The translations under genes and the position numbers were made by a program. From an uncultured Alphaproteobacteria bacterium (GTDB lineage Bacteria; Pseudomonadota; Alphaproteobacteria; Thalassobaculales; Thalassobaculaceae): a DNA stretch of 41,981 bases. The stretch's first letter is position 1; every line of letters begins with the position of its first letter. Positions 1 through 10,660 of the stretch are shown here, piece by piece. The stretch lies in NCBI GenBank assembly GCA_938028645.1, contig CALIMD010000152.1, positions 1-41,981 on the forward strand, given 5' to 3'. Under the pieces are notes generated by a model. That model saw nothing but the letters and a program-made list of their open reading frames with translations, searched no databases and was not told the DNA's origin.

Positions 1-424
1 AAAAACCTAAGAGCCAGCAAGTTTCATTCAGTTGCAGCAATATCGTTAAACTTAGAGTTAGTAAAAGTAGAAGAAATAAAATGGCATTGACGACGCTGAT
101 AACGCCCGAAGCGATCGGTCTATTCGCGGTTCGGGCAACCAATTGATCAAGTTTCCTATCCCATAAATCATTGATAATACAGCCCGCACCCCGCATCAAA
201 ATAGCGCCAACAGTAAATAAAAAATATAAATAACCAAGTTCCAAAAGAGTTATTTTCTGCTGGTTTAGTTGCCAGCCCAAACCCAAGCTCCACCAGCAAG
301 GAAGTAAAAGTAGCCAAGTGCCTATTGGCCGGTCTAGACGCATTAATAGGGCATATGGTCGAACCGGTTTGGGGAGCCAATTCTTTACCCAACCGTCTTC
401 AGCTATATCACTCAAATTTGTCAT
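1..424 (-). CDS. ubiA: 4-hydroxybenzoate polyprenyltransferase (UbiA family), 3' end cut by the window edge
   Basis: Absent from the ORF track because it runs off the left edge. Reverse-strand ATG at 424-422. Translation is MTNLSDIAEDGWVKNWLPKPVRPYALLMRLDRPIGTWLLLLPCWWSLGL...ILMRGAGCIINDLWDRKLDQLVARTANRPIASG, which carries the UbiA prenyltransferase NDxxDxxxD and RTxxRP motifs. Confidence 0.85.
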   Translation of the reverse strand, partial: MTNLSDIAEDGWVKNWLPKPVRPYALLMRLDRPIGTWLLLLPCWWSLGLGWQLNQQKITLLELGYLYFLFTVGAILMRGAGCIINDLWDRKLDQLVARTANRPIASGVISVVNAILFLLLLLTLSLTILLQLNETCWLLGF

Positions 425-670
425 GCTGTTTATAGAAGCCCTAAACTATACTGTTATCCAAATTCATTTTTTTGAACCCTATGATGACCATCATCAAAAT
501 TTTTGATAAGTTAGTTTAGAAATAACCAGTAGATCTAAGAAACAATCGAACCCGATAAAAAATTTGGCTGGAAATGTATTATTTTCTATTAGCATAATTA
601 TCTAATCACCGGTTTTCTAGGCTAATTATTTGCTTTAGCACCAGAATCGAAATCAATTGAAGAGCAAAGC

Positions 671-1438
671 ATGACTAGTAGTAGTTTAAAAGCACGTTTA
701 TTTGTAGAACAAAATTTAGTTGCTAATGATCTTCTGACCCTACCCAAGGGGCCGTCTCATTATCTTCGTAATGTTTTAAGATTGCACGAAGGCGATGGGA
801 TAGGACTTTTCAACGGCGTAGATGGTGAATGGGAGACCGAAATTACTGCAATTAGAAGACGAGAAATAGAGGTTTGCGTGAAGTCTTGTATAAGGAATCA
901 ATGTTTTTCTCCAGACATTTGGCTTGTATTTGCACCAATTAAGAGATTGCGGATTGACTTCATCGCTCAGAAGGCTACCGAACTAGGAGCTAGCATGCTT
1001 TGGCCCGTTTTTACCGAACACACAGCGGTAGGGCGTGTAAACATAGAGAGATTGAGATCGAATGCGATAGAAGCTGCCGAACAGTCTGATCGACTAACTG
1101 TTCCTGAGATTGGAGAGCCAACTGAGTTTGAGGATTTATTAAAAAAATGGCCAGAAGAAAGATTTTTATTTTGTTGTGACGAAACAGGAGGAGGAAAGCC
1201 TATTCTACAGGAATTCCAAAAACACACGGGTCCATGCGGATTGTTGATTGGCCCGGAAGGTGGTTTTTCCAACTCGGAACTTGACCAACTCGATAAACTA
1301 AGCAATGTGTGTCGTGTGAGTTTAGGGGGAAGAGTTTTGAGATCGGACACGGCTGCTTTCGCAGCATTAGCCTGCTGGCAGGCGTCTGTTGGAGATTGGA
1401 ATATTCCTTCGGAGCAAATAATTGAGTATGGTTGCTAA
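671..1438 (+). CDS. rsmE: 16S rRNA (uracil1498-N3)-methyltransferase RsmE
   Basis: 255-aa ORF. The C-terminal LLIGPEGGFSNSEL...R(S)DTAA motif block is typical of the RsmE/SPOUT family, and the size fits. Confidence 0.85.
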   Translation: MTSSSLKARLFVEQNLVANDLLTLPKGPSHYLRNVLRLHEGDGIGLFNGVDGEWETEITAIRRREIEVCVKSCIRNQCFSPDIWLVFAPIKRLRIDFIAQKATELGASMLWPVFTEHTAVGRVNIERLRSNAIEAAEQSDRLTVPEIGEPTEFEDLLKKWPEERFLFCCDETGGGKPILQEFQKHTGPCGLLIGPEGGFSNSELDQLDKLSNVCRVSLGGRVLRSDTAAFAALACWQASVGDWNIPSEQIIEYGC

Positions 1439-1460
1439 TTTTAGAGTTTTTGGGGTCATT

Positions 1461-2825
1461 ATGTCTAATTCACCTGATCCATTGGGCGTTCCAATTGAGA
1501 GTAAATCGCAATTAATTGACGATCTATTATCTGGATGCACTCCTCGTGAAAACTGGCGTATTGGCACAGAACATGAAAAATTTGCATTCCGTCTATCCGA
1601 CAAAAAACGATTGCCTTATGAGGGAGCTGACGGTATCGGGGAAATTTTGTCTCGTTTAACACGATTTGGTTGGGTCCCAATTAAAGAGCAAGGAAAGACA
1701 ATTGCTCTTCATCTGAACGGCTGCGCCATAACCTTGGAACCCGGGGGGCAGTTTGAACTCTCGGGAGCACCTCTAGAAACAATCCACCAAACATGTGATG
1801 AGGTTCACAATCACTTGGCGCAAGTAAAGGAGATTGGAGAAGAGTTAGGCATAGGTATGCTTGGTCTTGGATTTGATCCCTTGTGGAGTAGGGATGATAT
1901 CCCTTGGATGCCCAAAGGACGTTACGCCATAATGAATCGATGGATGCAAAAGGTAGGCAGTTTGGGTCTAGATATGATGCTCCGGACCTGCACAGTTCAA
2001 ACCAACCTAGATTTTTCAGATGAAAAGGATATGGTTGAAAAATACAGAGTTAGTTTAGCTCTACAGCCGATAGCGACCGCATTGTTTGCTAACTCTCCAT
2101 TCGAAAATGGCAAGCCAAGTGGCTTTCTATCTTCGCGCAGCAATGTCTGGACTGACACAGACCCTGATCGATGCGGAATGTTGCCTTTCGTGTTTGAAAA
2201 AGGATATGGTTTTGAACGTCACGTTGATTACATTTTAGACGTACCCATGTATTTTGTTTACCGTGATGGTATTTACCATGACGTAGCAGGAAAAAGCTTT
2301 CGTGATTTTATGAATGGGCAACTCGAAGGTTTTGAGGGGCAAATTCCACATATGGGGGATTGGGCAGATCATATGACGACCAATTTCCCCGAGGTTCGCC
2401 TAAAAAAATACCTTGAAATGCGCGGAACTGATGGCGGCCCCTGGAGAAACCTGTGCGCACTACCGGCATTGTGGGTGGGTCTACTCTACGATGCTGACTC
2501 GCAATCTGCGGCATGGGATTTGATTAAGGATTGGAGCATAGAGGAGCAGGAAATATTACGTAATGAAGTTCCTATTAAAGGGCTTTCAACGTCGTTTAGA
2601 AAAACAAGTGTTCAAGAAATTTCTAGAGAAATACTGGCGATAGCCTCGGCTGGATTAAAAAAGCGGGCCAAGTTAGATCCTTCTGGAAATGATGAATCTG
2701 GTTTTTTAGAGACACTTCGAGACATCGCCGAACGCGGCCGGACACCTGCAGATGAATTGCTAGACGCGTTTTCGGATAAATGGTCCGAGTCAGTCCATCC
2801 TATTTTTGAAGAACTACAATATTAG
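1461..2825 (+). CDS. gshA: glutamate--cysteine ligase, plant/alphaproteobacterial type (GCS2)
   Basis: WRIGTEHEKFAF near the N-terminus, about 454 aa, and overall similarity to plant-type GshA. The ORF opens at 1422, but the ATG at 1461 (MSNSPDPL...) clears the rsmE stop and gives the usual length, so 1422 remains an alternative start. Confidence 0.85.
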   Translation: MSNSPDPLGVPIESKSQLIDDLLSGCTPRENWRIGTEHEKFAFRLSDKKRLPYEGADGIGEILSRLTRFGWVPIKEQGKTIALHLNGCAITLEPGGQFELSGAPLETIHQTCDEVHNHLAQVKEIGEELGIGMLGLGFDPLWSRDDIPWMPKGRYAIMNRWMQKVGSLGLDMMLRTCTVQTNLDFSDEKDMVEKYRVSLALQPIATALFANSPFENGKPSGFLSSRSNVWTDTDPDRCGMLPFVFEKGYGFERHVDYILDVPMYFVYRDGIYHDVAGKSFRDFMNGQLEGFEGQIPHMGDWADHMTTNFPEVRLKKYLEMRGTDGGPWRNLCALPALWVGLLYDADSQSAAWDLIKDWSIEEQEILRNEVPIKGLSTSFRKTSVQEISREILAIASAGLKKRAKLDPSGNDESGFLETLRDIAERGRTPADELLDAFSDKWSESVHPIFEELQY

Positions 2826-2896
2826 GAAAACCTGAAAATAGCATAAATACAATTCCATGGAAGACCGCTTGTCGGCTGAAAAAAGTTTTGACCGTA

Positions 2897-4330
2897 TTAA
2901 ACGGCTGTTCCTCCGACGGTAATTCCGTTCATTTTCAAAGTAGGCTGACCCACACCAACTGGAACTCCCTGTCCATCTTTTCCACAAGTTCCGACACCGT
3001 CATCTAATTTCATATCGTTGCCTATCATAGAAATTTTATTCATAGCTTCTGGGCCGTTTCCTATAAGTGTTGCCCCCTTTACTGGGCTAGTTATTTTTCC
3101 ATCTTCTATCAGGTATGCTTCACTTGCTGCGAAAACGAACTTTCCAGAAACTATATCCACCTGCCCACCAGAGAAATTAACCGCATATAAACCATTTTTT
3201 ACCGACTTAATGATTTCTTCAGGCTCTTCTTTACCGCCCAGCATATAGGTATTCGTCATACGCGGCATGGGATGATGAGCATAACTTTCTCTTCGTCCAT
3301 TGCCGGTTTCTGAAACGCCCATCAGCCGTGCGTTTTGTCTGTCTTGCATGTACCCAACTAGTATTCCGTCTTCAATTAAAACATTTCTTCGTGATGGAGT
3401 TCCCTCATCGTCAATCGTTATCGACCCTCGTCTATCTGGGATCGTTCCGTCATCAATCACAGTCACTCCTGGCGACGCCACCCTTTTTCCAATCATGTTG
3501 GTAAACGTAGATGTTTCTTTACGGTTAAAGTCGCCCTCCAATCCATGGCCAACAGCCTCATGGAGCATAACGCCAGGCCAACCGGGACCGAGAACAACAT
3601 CCATCTCTCCAGCAGGGGCTGGGACAGCCTCTAAATTTACCATCGCTAATCGAAAAGCCTCGTCTACTTGAGATTGCCACTTGTTAGTGTCAATATAGCT
3701 AGCATAGCCCATACGACCACCCAGACCCGTGCCGCCAGCTTCCATTTTATCACCATCCGCAACAACCACGGATATATTTAGTCTTACTAATGGCCTTATA
3801 TCTGCGGTACGATGCCCATTCGCCCGTATAATCTGAACTGCCTGCCAAGAAGCTGACAAAGAAGCTGAAACCTGTTGAATTTTAGGGTCTTTGGAACGAG
3901 CATATGAATCAATATCCTGTAAAAGTTTAACCTTATCGGAAAACTCCATGTCCAAGATTGGGTTTTCATCTGAATATAATTTTGCATTTGTGCGTGCGGG
4001 ATTATTGGGAGCTAAAGCTTGTTGTCCAGATTTGAGGGCTTTTACTGTTTCCGCAGCACGTTTGATGGATGTTTCAGAGAGTTCAGATGCATGAGCATAT
4101 GCTCTCGTTTCTCCAACTATACCTCTAAGACCAAAGCCTTGTGACGAGTCAAATGTTGCTGTTTTTAAACGGCTATCATCAAACCCAAAAGCTTCAGATT
4201 GGCGATACTCAATAAACAACTCTCCGTCATCACAGTGTCCAATAGAGTCGTTGACTATCCGTTGTATCGAATCTTGACTTAGATCGGTCTGATTGAAAAA
4301 TATATCGTCCGTTATTTTGAGCTCACTCAT
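2897..4330 (-). CDS. tldD: metalloprotease TldD
   Basis: 477 aa with the HEAVGHGLEGD zinc motif and a Gly-rich C-terminal TldD/PmbA fold signature. Confidence 0.9.
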   Translation of the reverse strand: MSELKITDDIFFNQTDLSQDSIQRIVNDSIGHCDDGELFIEYRQSEAFGFDDSRLKTATFDSSQGFGLRGIVGETRAYAHASELSETSIKRAAETVKALKSGQQALAPNNPARTNAKLYSDENPILDMEFSDKVKLLQDIDSYARSKDPKIQQVSASLSASWQAVQIIRANGHRTADIRPLVRLNISVVVADGDKMEAGGTGLGGRMGYASYIDTNKWQSQVDEAFRLAMVNLEAVPAPAGEMDVVLGPGWPGVMLHEAVGHGLEGDFNRKETSTFTNMIGKRVASPGVTVIDDGTIPDRRGSITIDDEGTPSRRNVLIEDGILVGYMQDRQNARLMGVSETGNGRRESYAHHPMPRMTNTYMLGGKEEPEEIIKSVKNGLYAVNFSGGQVDIVSGKFVFAASEAYLIEDGKITSPVKGATLIGNGPEAMNKISMIGNDMKLDDGVGTCGKDGQGVPVGVGQPTLKMNGITVGGTAV

Positions 4331-4630
4331 TAATTTAATCTTTCCGAAAAATAATGATTTATTATCGTATACTGTTATCTTTTTTGATATAGTTCATTTG
4401 AAGAAATGTCACTAGCATGGATTTCAAAAACCCGGGGTTGTCTTTATAGAATAAATCACTTAAATCATGGGTCTAAGCAATAGTTTTTGCATGCTGTTAT
4501 GTTAATTTAGGCAGAACTCTGCAACCGTCAGAGAAAGCTGCATGGGGATGAGCAACACAACCGGCGTCAAAAGAGGCCTTTTTTGAGAGCAGCTTTAGAT
4601 GGTTGGCAAGGGAACGAAAGAGTAGTCGGG

Positions 4631-5485
4631 ATGAAAATAATTCGGCGATTGAAGGTAGGACTGTCAAAATTAGTTGGTTTAACAATTTTGACTTACACTG
4701 TAATGATTACAGGTGCTTTGGCCGCTTTGCCGCGAGAGTGGCAACTAGGTGTCCCTGAACCAGTAAGCCCTGTTGCAGTCCGTATCCACGAATTCCATGA
4801 CTATCTTTTGTGGTTGATAGCGGCAATATCACTATTTGTTTTGGTTTTGATGGTATACGTCTGTTTTAGATTTAAGGCATCGAATAATCCAAATCCTACA
4901 AAGACCACACACAATACATTCATCGAAATACTTTGGACTGCTGTACCCGTATTGATTTTGGTTGTCGTCGCCGTGCCTTCATTCAAGACGCTTTATTATA
5001 GCGATCGCGCTGTTGATCCAGACATGACGATAAAAGTTACAGCAAACCAGTGGTACTGGACATACGAGTACCCGGACCAGAAAGTAACATTCGACAGCTA
5101 TATGATTCCAAAAGAGGAAATTGACCCAAAGACTCAAGCCTACCTTTTTTCAGTTGATAATCCGCTGGTAGTTCCAACGGGGAAAAAGGTTCAATTACTC
5201 ATCACCAGTAATGACGTCATGCATTCGTTTTTTCTTCCCTCAGCGGTCGTTCAAGTTTATGGAATAAACGGAAGGATTAATGAGGCATGGATGCAGATCG
5301 ATAAAGAAGGTTGGGTCTATGGCCAATGCAACCAGATTTGTGGAATTAATCACTCTGCCATGCCGATAGCCGTTAAAGCTGTGTCGGAAAAAGAGTATGA
5401 AAATTGGCTAATTGAAGCCAAAACTAAATTCGCATCTGCTCCGCCCAAATTTCGGGTGGCAAGCACTATTGAAAACAAACAGTAA
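4631..5485 (+). CDS. coxB: cytochrome c oxidase subunit II (CuA subunit)
   Basis: Two N-terminal TM helices, QWYWTYEY, HSFF...GQCNQICGINHSAMP CuA loop. The ORF opens at TTG 4583; the ATG at 4631 (MKIIRRLKVG...) is preferred. Confidence 0.9.
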   Translation: MKIIRRLKVGLSKLVGLTILTYTVMITGALAALPREWQLGVPEPVSPVAVRIHEFHDYLLWLIAAISLFVLVLMVYVCFRFKASNNPNPTKTTHNTFIEILWTAVPVLILVVVAVPSFKTLYYSDRAVDPDMTIKVTANQWYWTYEYPDQKVTFDSYMIPKEEIDPKTQAYLFSVDNPLVVPTGKKVQLLITSNDVMHSFFLPSAVVQVYGINGRINEAWMQIDKEGWVYGQCNQICGINHSAMPIAVKAVSEKEYENWLIEAKTKFASAPPKFRVASTIENKQ

Positions 5486-7096
<1,611 letters not shown>

Positions 7097-7129
7097 AACA
7101 GCTTAGAAGAAGTTTAGGGGCTTGTTATC

Positions 7130-8056
7130 GTGTCCAATACAAGTTTAGCCACTGATACGCTGTCGAAGCCGACTGGTTCGGTTTGGACGGCGTGCCTCGA
7201 TTTCGTATCGTTATTGAAGCCGAGGGTTATGTCCCTTGTAGTCTTCACTGGATTTGTTGGTCTATACCTTGCACCTGGTGATGGAAACCTGGTTCTTCAA
7301 ACAATCGCTGTGTTATGTATTGCTATTGGAGCCGGCGCTTCGGGCGCAATAAATATGTGGTATGATCGAGACATAGACGCGGTTATGTCCAGAACAAAAA
7401 CACGTGCCATCCCTTCCGGAAAAATAACTGCAGAAGCGGCTCTTACATTCGGTATTTTACTTGCTGGTGGGTCCGTTATGGTAATGGGCTTAGCTGTAAA
7501 TTGGTTCGCAGCTACACTGCTTATGGTAACAATTATGTTCTACGTTTTTGTTTACACGGTTTGGCTAAAACGGCGTACTCCCCAAAATATAGTGATAGGT
7601 GGTGCAGCTGGGGCATTCCCGCCAATGATAGGTTGGGCAGCTGCGACTGGCACGGTCAGTGTTGAATCTATTACATTATTTACAATTATTTTTATCTGGA
7701 CACCCCCACATTTTTGGGCGTTATCGCTGTACAGGAGCGACGATTATAAAGCGGCCGGTGTGCCTATGATGCCACTAGTTCATGGAAGATACGAAACAAA
7801 AAAACAGATTTTGCTTTACAGCATTGTTCTTTGTCCACTGGGTATAGTGCCTTTTTGGCTTGGTACTTTGGGGGCTGTATACGGAGCGACTTCGGCACTA
7901 TTGGGCGTTCTGTTTATGGGGGCTGCATGGCGGGTTATGAGGAATGATTCGGAGAAGAACTGTAAGCAGCTCTTTGGGTTTTCTATATTTTATCTCTTCT
8001 TCTTATTTTTTGCTATGATCATAGACCGTTGTGTTAACTTTAACCCTATCTTGTAA
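7130..8056 (+). CDS. ctaB: protoheme IX farnesyltransferase (heme O synthase)
   Basis: GTG start. UbiA-family motif NMWYDRDIDAVMSRTKTRAIPSG, polytopic membrane protein, located in the cox cluster. Confidence 0.9.
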   Translation: MSNTSLATDTLSKPTGSVWTACLDFVSLLKPRVMSLVVFTGFVGLYLAPGDGNLVLQTIAVLCIAIGAGASGAINMWYDRDIDAVMSRTKTRAIPSGKITAEAALTFGILLAGGSVMVMGLAVNWFAATLLMVTIMFYVFVYTVWLKRRTPQNIVIGGAAGAFPPMIGWAAATGTVSVESITLFTIIFIWTPPHFWALSLYRSDDYKAAGVPMMPLVHGRYETKKQILLYSIVLCPLGIVPFWLGTLGAVYGATSALLGVLFMGAAWRVMRNDSEKNCKQLFGFSIFYLFFLFFAMIIDRCVNFNPIL

Positions 8057-8073
8057 CGGATTGGACTGCAGGT

Positions 8074-8214
8074 ATGACTGAGGCAACGCAAAAGAAAACA
8101 GAAACAGGTCTAGCTTTTCGTGAAACTAAACGTGGTCGTAACCTTGCCGTACTTGCTGCGGTTCTTGGGTTTTCTGGATTATTTTATCTGATTACCATAG
8201 TACGGATGTTTTAG
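8074..8214 (+). CDS. 46-codon single-TM protein between ctaB and ctaG (CoxF-like position)
   Basis: Below the ORF-track size cutoff. The sequence from ATG 8074 to TAG 8212-8214 encodes MTEATQKKTETGLAFRETKRGRNLAVLAAVLGFSGLFYLITIVRMF, a basic N-terminus plus one hydrophobic helix. It fills the ctaB-ctaG gap exactly, and its stop lies 1 nt before the ctaG start. Confidence 0.45.
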   Translation: MTEATQKKTETGLAFRETKRGRNLAVLAAVLGFSGLFYLITIVRMF

Positions 8215-8215
8215 C

Positions 8216-8809
8216 TTGTCCGTTCGTTATAAAGATCCACATGTGACAGCTGTGAAGAAGTATAGAACCCTAGGTTTTCTATTAGTATTGATTGCGGGTA
8301 TGGGTATTTTGAGTTATGCGTCGGTACCTCTTTATAAGTTATTTTGTCAAGTTACAGGATATGGTGGGACAACGCAGCAAGTGACCGGTCCATCTTCTCA
8401 AATACTAGAGCGGAAAATAAAGATTCGATTTGACGCAAACACTAAACCTACATTGGACTGGGATTTTCAACCAGCACAAACATCAATAGATATTTCCGTA
8501 GGGCAAAATGCATTGGCTTTTTATAAGGCAGAGAATACAGGGAAAGATCCGATAGTGGGTACAGCAACTTTCAATGTCACGCCAGAGAAGGCAGGCGTGT
8601 ATTTTAATAAAATAGACTGCTTTTGTTTTGTCGAGCAGCTCTTGGCACCTCGGGAGGCGGTAGATATGCCGGTATCTTTCTTTATTGATCCGGATATTGT
8701 TAATGATCCAAATTTGGACGACGTTACAACCATAACTCTGTCCTACACGTTTTTTCCATCAGAAGACCAATCCCTGGTGGGGAAGACAAAAAAAGAAAAT
8801 GCAAGTTGA
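8216..8809 (+). CDS. ctaG: cytochrome c oxidase assembly protein CtaG/Cox11 (CuB insertion)
   Basis: 197 aa with an N-terminal TM anchor and the Cox11 copper-binding CFCF motif (IDCFCFVEQ). TTG start at 8216. Confidence 0.9.
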   Translation: MSVRYKDPHVTAVKKYRTLGFLLVLIAGMGILSYASVPLYKLFCQVTGYGGTTQQVTGPSSQILERKIKIRFDANTKPTLDWDFQPAQTSIDISVGQNALAFYKAENTGKDPIVGTATFNVTPEKAGVYFNKIDCFCFVEQLLAPREAVDMPVSFFIDPDIVNDPNLDDVTTITLSYTFFPSEDQSLVGKTKKENAS

Positions 8810-8889
8810 GACCTTGTTAAAGTTGTATTAAGAAGCTAATTTTAGCCTACAAATCTTATGGTAGCGTGTAAAAAGGGAATGAGAAACTT

Positions 8890-9675
8890 ATGAGCGGTGG
8901 ACATAGTCATTCTTTTCATCTTGTAGAGCCAAGCCCATGGCCGGCCCTGGGAGCCATGGCGGGTTTTGTTGCCGCTATAGGCGCGATTATGTTTATGCAT
9001 GAAAAGCCTTTTGGCGCGGTAATAATGGGGGTTGGCTTTATAGCGATACTAACGACGATGGCATTCTGGTGGAGGGATGTGATCAAGGAAGCTGAGCATC
9101 AAGGGCACCATACGCCGATAGTTCAAATCGGTATGCGTTATGGTATGATACTGTTTATAGCTTCGGAAGTGATGTTTTTCCTTGCGTTCTTCTGGGCGTT
9201 TTTCGACGCTTCCCTATACCCGGATACAGGAGTTTGACCGCCAGCAGGAATAGAAACGTTTAGCGCTTGGGATATTCCTTTGATTAATACCATGATTTTG
9301 TTGTTGTCCGGTTGTACGGTTACCTGGGCACATGCGGCGCTTTTGAAAAACGATCGAGAAAACCTGATAAAGGGGCTCGCTTATACAATACTATTAGGTA
9401 TAGCCTTCACTGCCTTGCAGATTTATGAATACGATCACGCAACATTTAAATTCACCGATGGTATCTACTCATCCACATTTTATCTAGCGACCGGTTTCCA
9501 TGGGTTCCATGTTTTTGTAGGAACCTGCTTTCTGATTGTGTGCTGGTTCAGAGCTAGGGCCGGCCATTTTACACCAGAACACCATTTTGGATTTGAAGCG
9601 GCTGCTTGGTATTGGCATTTTGTTGATGTTGTTTGGTTGTTTCTCTTCATATGTATTTATTGGTGGGGGGGTTGA
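8890..9675 (+). CDS. coxC: cytochrome c oxidase subunit III, interrupted by one in-frame TGA at 9235-9237 (possible pseudogene, base-call error or readthrough)
   Basis: ORF-track pieces 8890-9237 and 9280-9675 are in the same frame (offset 390 nt). Together they read as a normal-length 261-codon Cox3 ([12 protein letters not shown]..., FFWAFF..., TVTWAH..., [21 protein letters not shown]). The only defect is the TGA in GV*PPAGIE. Confidence 0.85.
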
Positions 9676-9943
9676 TTCTGCCTATTTGTAGATTACGCCT
9701 TAGAAGAAGCTTTCAAACCATCACATTGCAGCAATTTTGATCAAAACTGACAAATCTACACACTATTGATTTAGTGTTAAGGCGAAGCATACTTTTCAAG
9801 ATAATGGGGAGATGTGGCTTGATTATCCTGGTGTGTTTAGTTTGCGGTTTTCAAATATTGATTAAATTATCAAAATTCTGATGGTGCAGGTACATTTTCA
9901 ACTTGGAAGGGAACTGCATCAAATTTGGAAGGTTTTTATCTAA

Positions 9944-10660
9944 ATGTTAGGTGAGTGGAAATTTAAACCGACGATGGGGCCAACTTTATTTGCCGTTCCA
10001 ACGTTTGTTATCTTGATACTTCTGGGTGGTTGGCAGGTCCAACGTATGAGTTGGAAGCAAGAGATCATTGCGTCATTTGAGCAACAGATGGCAAAACAGC
10101 CGGTTATGCCGCCTTTAGACATAAAAAAAGATACTGACTGGAGGTATACCCGTGTTAGGGCGACAGGCCGCTTTTTACACGATAAGGAAATCTTGCTGAC
10201 AGGGCGAACATTTGAGGGAACTGCTGGTTTTCATGTGGTTACACCTTTCCTATTTGATGGAGGCCGGATTGTTTTAATTAATAGGGGTTGGGTCCCAGAA
10301 AAACTTCGTGAAAGGAAAAGCAGGCCTCAAACCACTCCGACGGGTATTGTCGTGATGGAAGGAATTTTGAGAGAGGACAACAGAAAAGGCTACTTTGTTC
10401 CCGAAAATGAACCAAAAAATGAGGTTTGGTTGTACGTTAATACAAAACAAATTGCCGAATATAGGGAGATTGGTCCAGTTCCCGGTTATTATATCGATGA
10501 ACTTAGGGCTCCTGGTCCGTATAAATTACCGATAGGTGCTGCCGGTAAAATTGAGATAAGAAACGAGCATTTGAAATATGCTGTAACCTGGTTTCTTTTG
10601 GCCATTACGTTACTTGCTGTTTATATCATATATCATACTCGTAAACGCGAAGATGACTAA
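9944..10660 (+). CDS. SURF1 family cytochrome oxidase biogenesis protein
   Basis: 238 aa with N- and C-terminal TM helices, GGWQVQRMSWKQ near the N-terminus, LINRGWVP, and a position downstream of coxC. Confidence 0.8.
   Translation: MLGEWKFKPTMGPTLFAVPTFVILILLGGWQVQRMSWKQEIIASFEQQMAKQPVMPPLDIKKDTDWRYTRVRATGRFLHDKEILLTGRTFEGTAGFHVVTPFLFDGGRIVLINRGWVPEKLRERKSRPQTTPTGIVVMEGILREDNRKGYFVPENEPKNEVWLYVNTKQIAEYREIGPVPGYYIDELRAPGPYKLPIGAAGKIEIRNEHLKYAVTWFLLAITLLAVYIIYHTRKREDD

Noticed and set aside
168-392. 74-aa minus-strand ORF from the track
   Set aside because: It is out of frame with, and fully inside, the edge-truncated ubiA gene (1-424, minus strand). The ubiA translation carries clear UbiA motifs, so this is a shadow ORF.
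3018-4094. Plus-strand ORFs (76, 123 and 67 aa) opposite tldD, and similar ones opposite the DUF1932 gene (12425-12985), the asnB-like gene (19741-20718) and the 609-aa ORF (30193-30954)
   Set aside because: Each is antisense to a long ORF with clear family motifs or a convincing length. None has a recognisable motif or an RBS.
8890-9675. Idea that the in-frame TGA in coxC reflects a genome-wide TGA=Trp code (translation table 4)
   Set aside because: TGA ends many well-delimited genes here at lengths matching their families (ctaG, coxC terminal stop, M32 peptidase, ArsR-MT, C-N hydrolase, accA, bolA, cobT). I saw no homologous sequence continuing in frame past those stops.
9804-9878. 24-codon hydrophobic ORF (MGRCGLIILVCLVCGFQILIKLSKF) in the coxC-surf1 spacer
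   Set aside because: It has no RBS, is very short, and has nothing to support it beyond hydrophobicity. It is mentioned only under the spacer finding.
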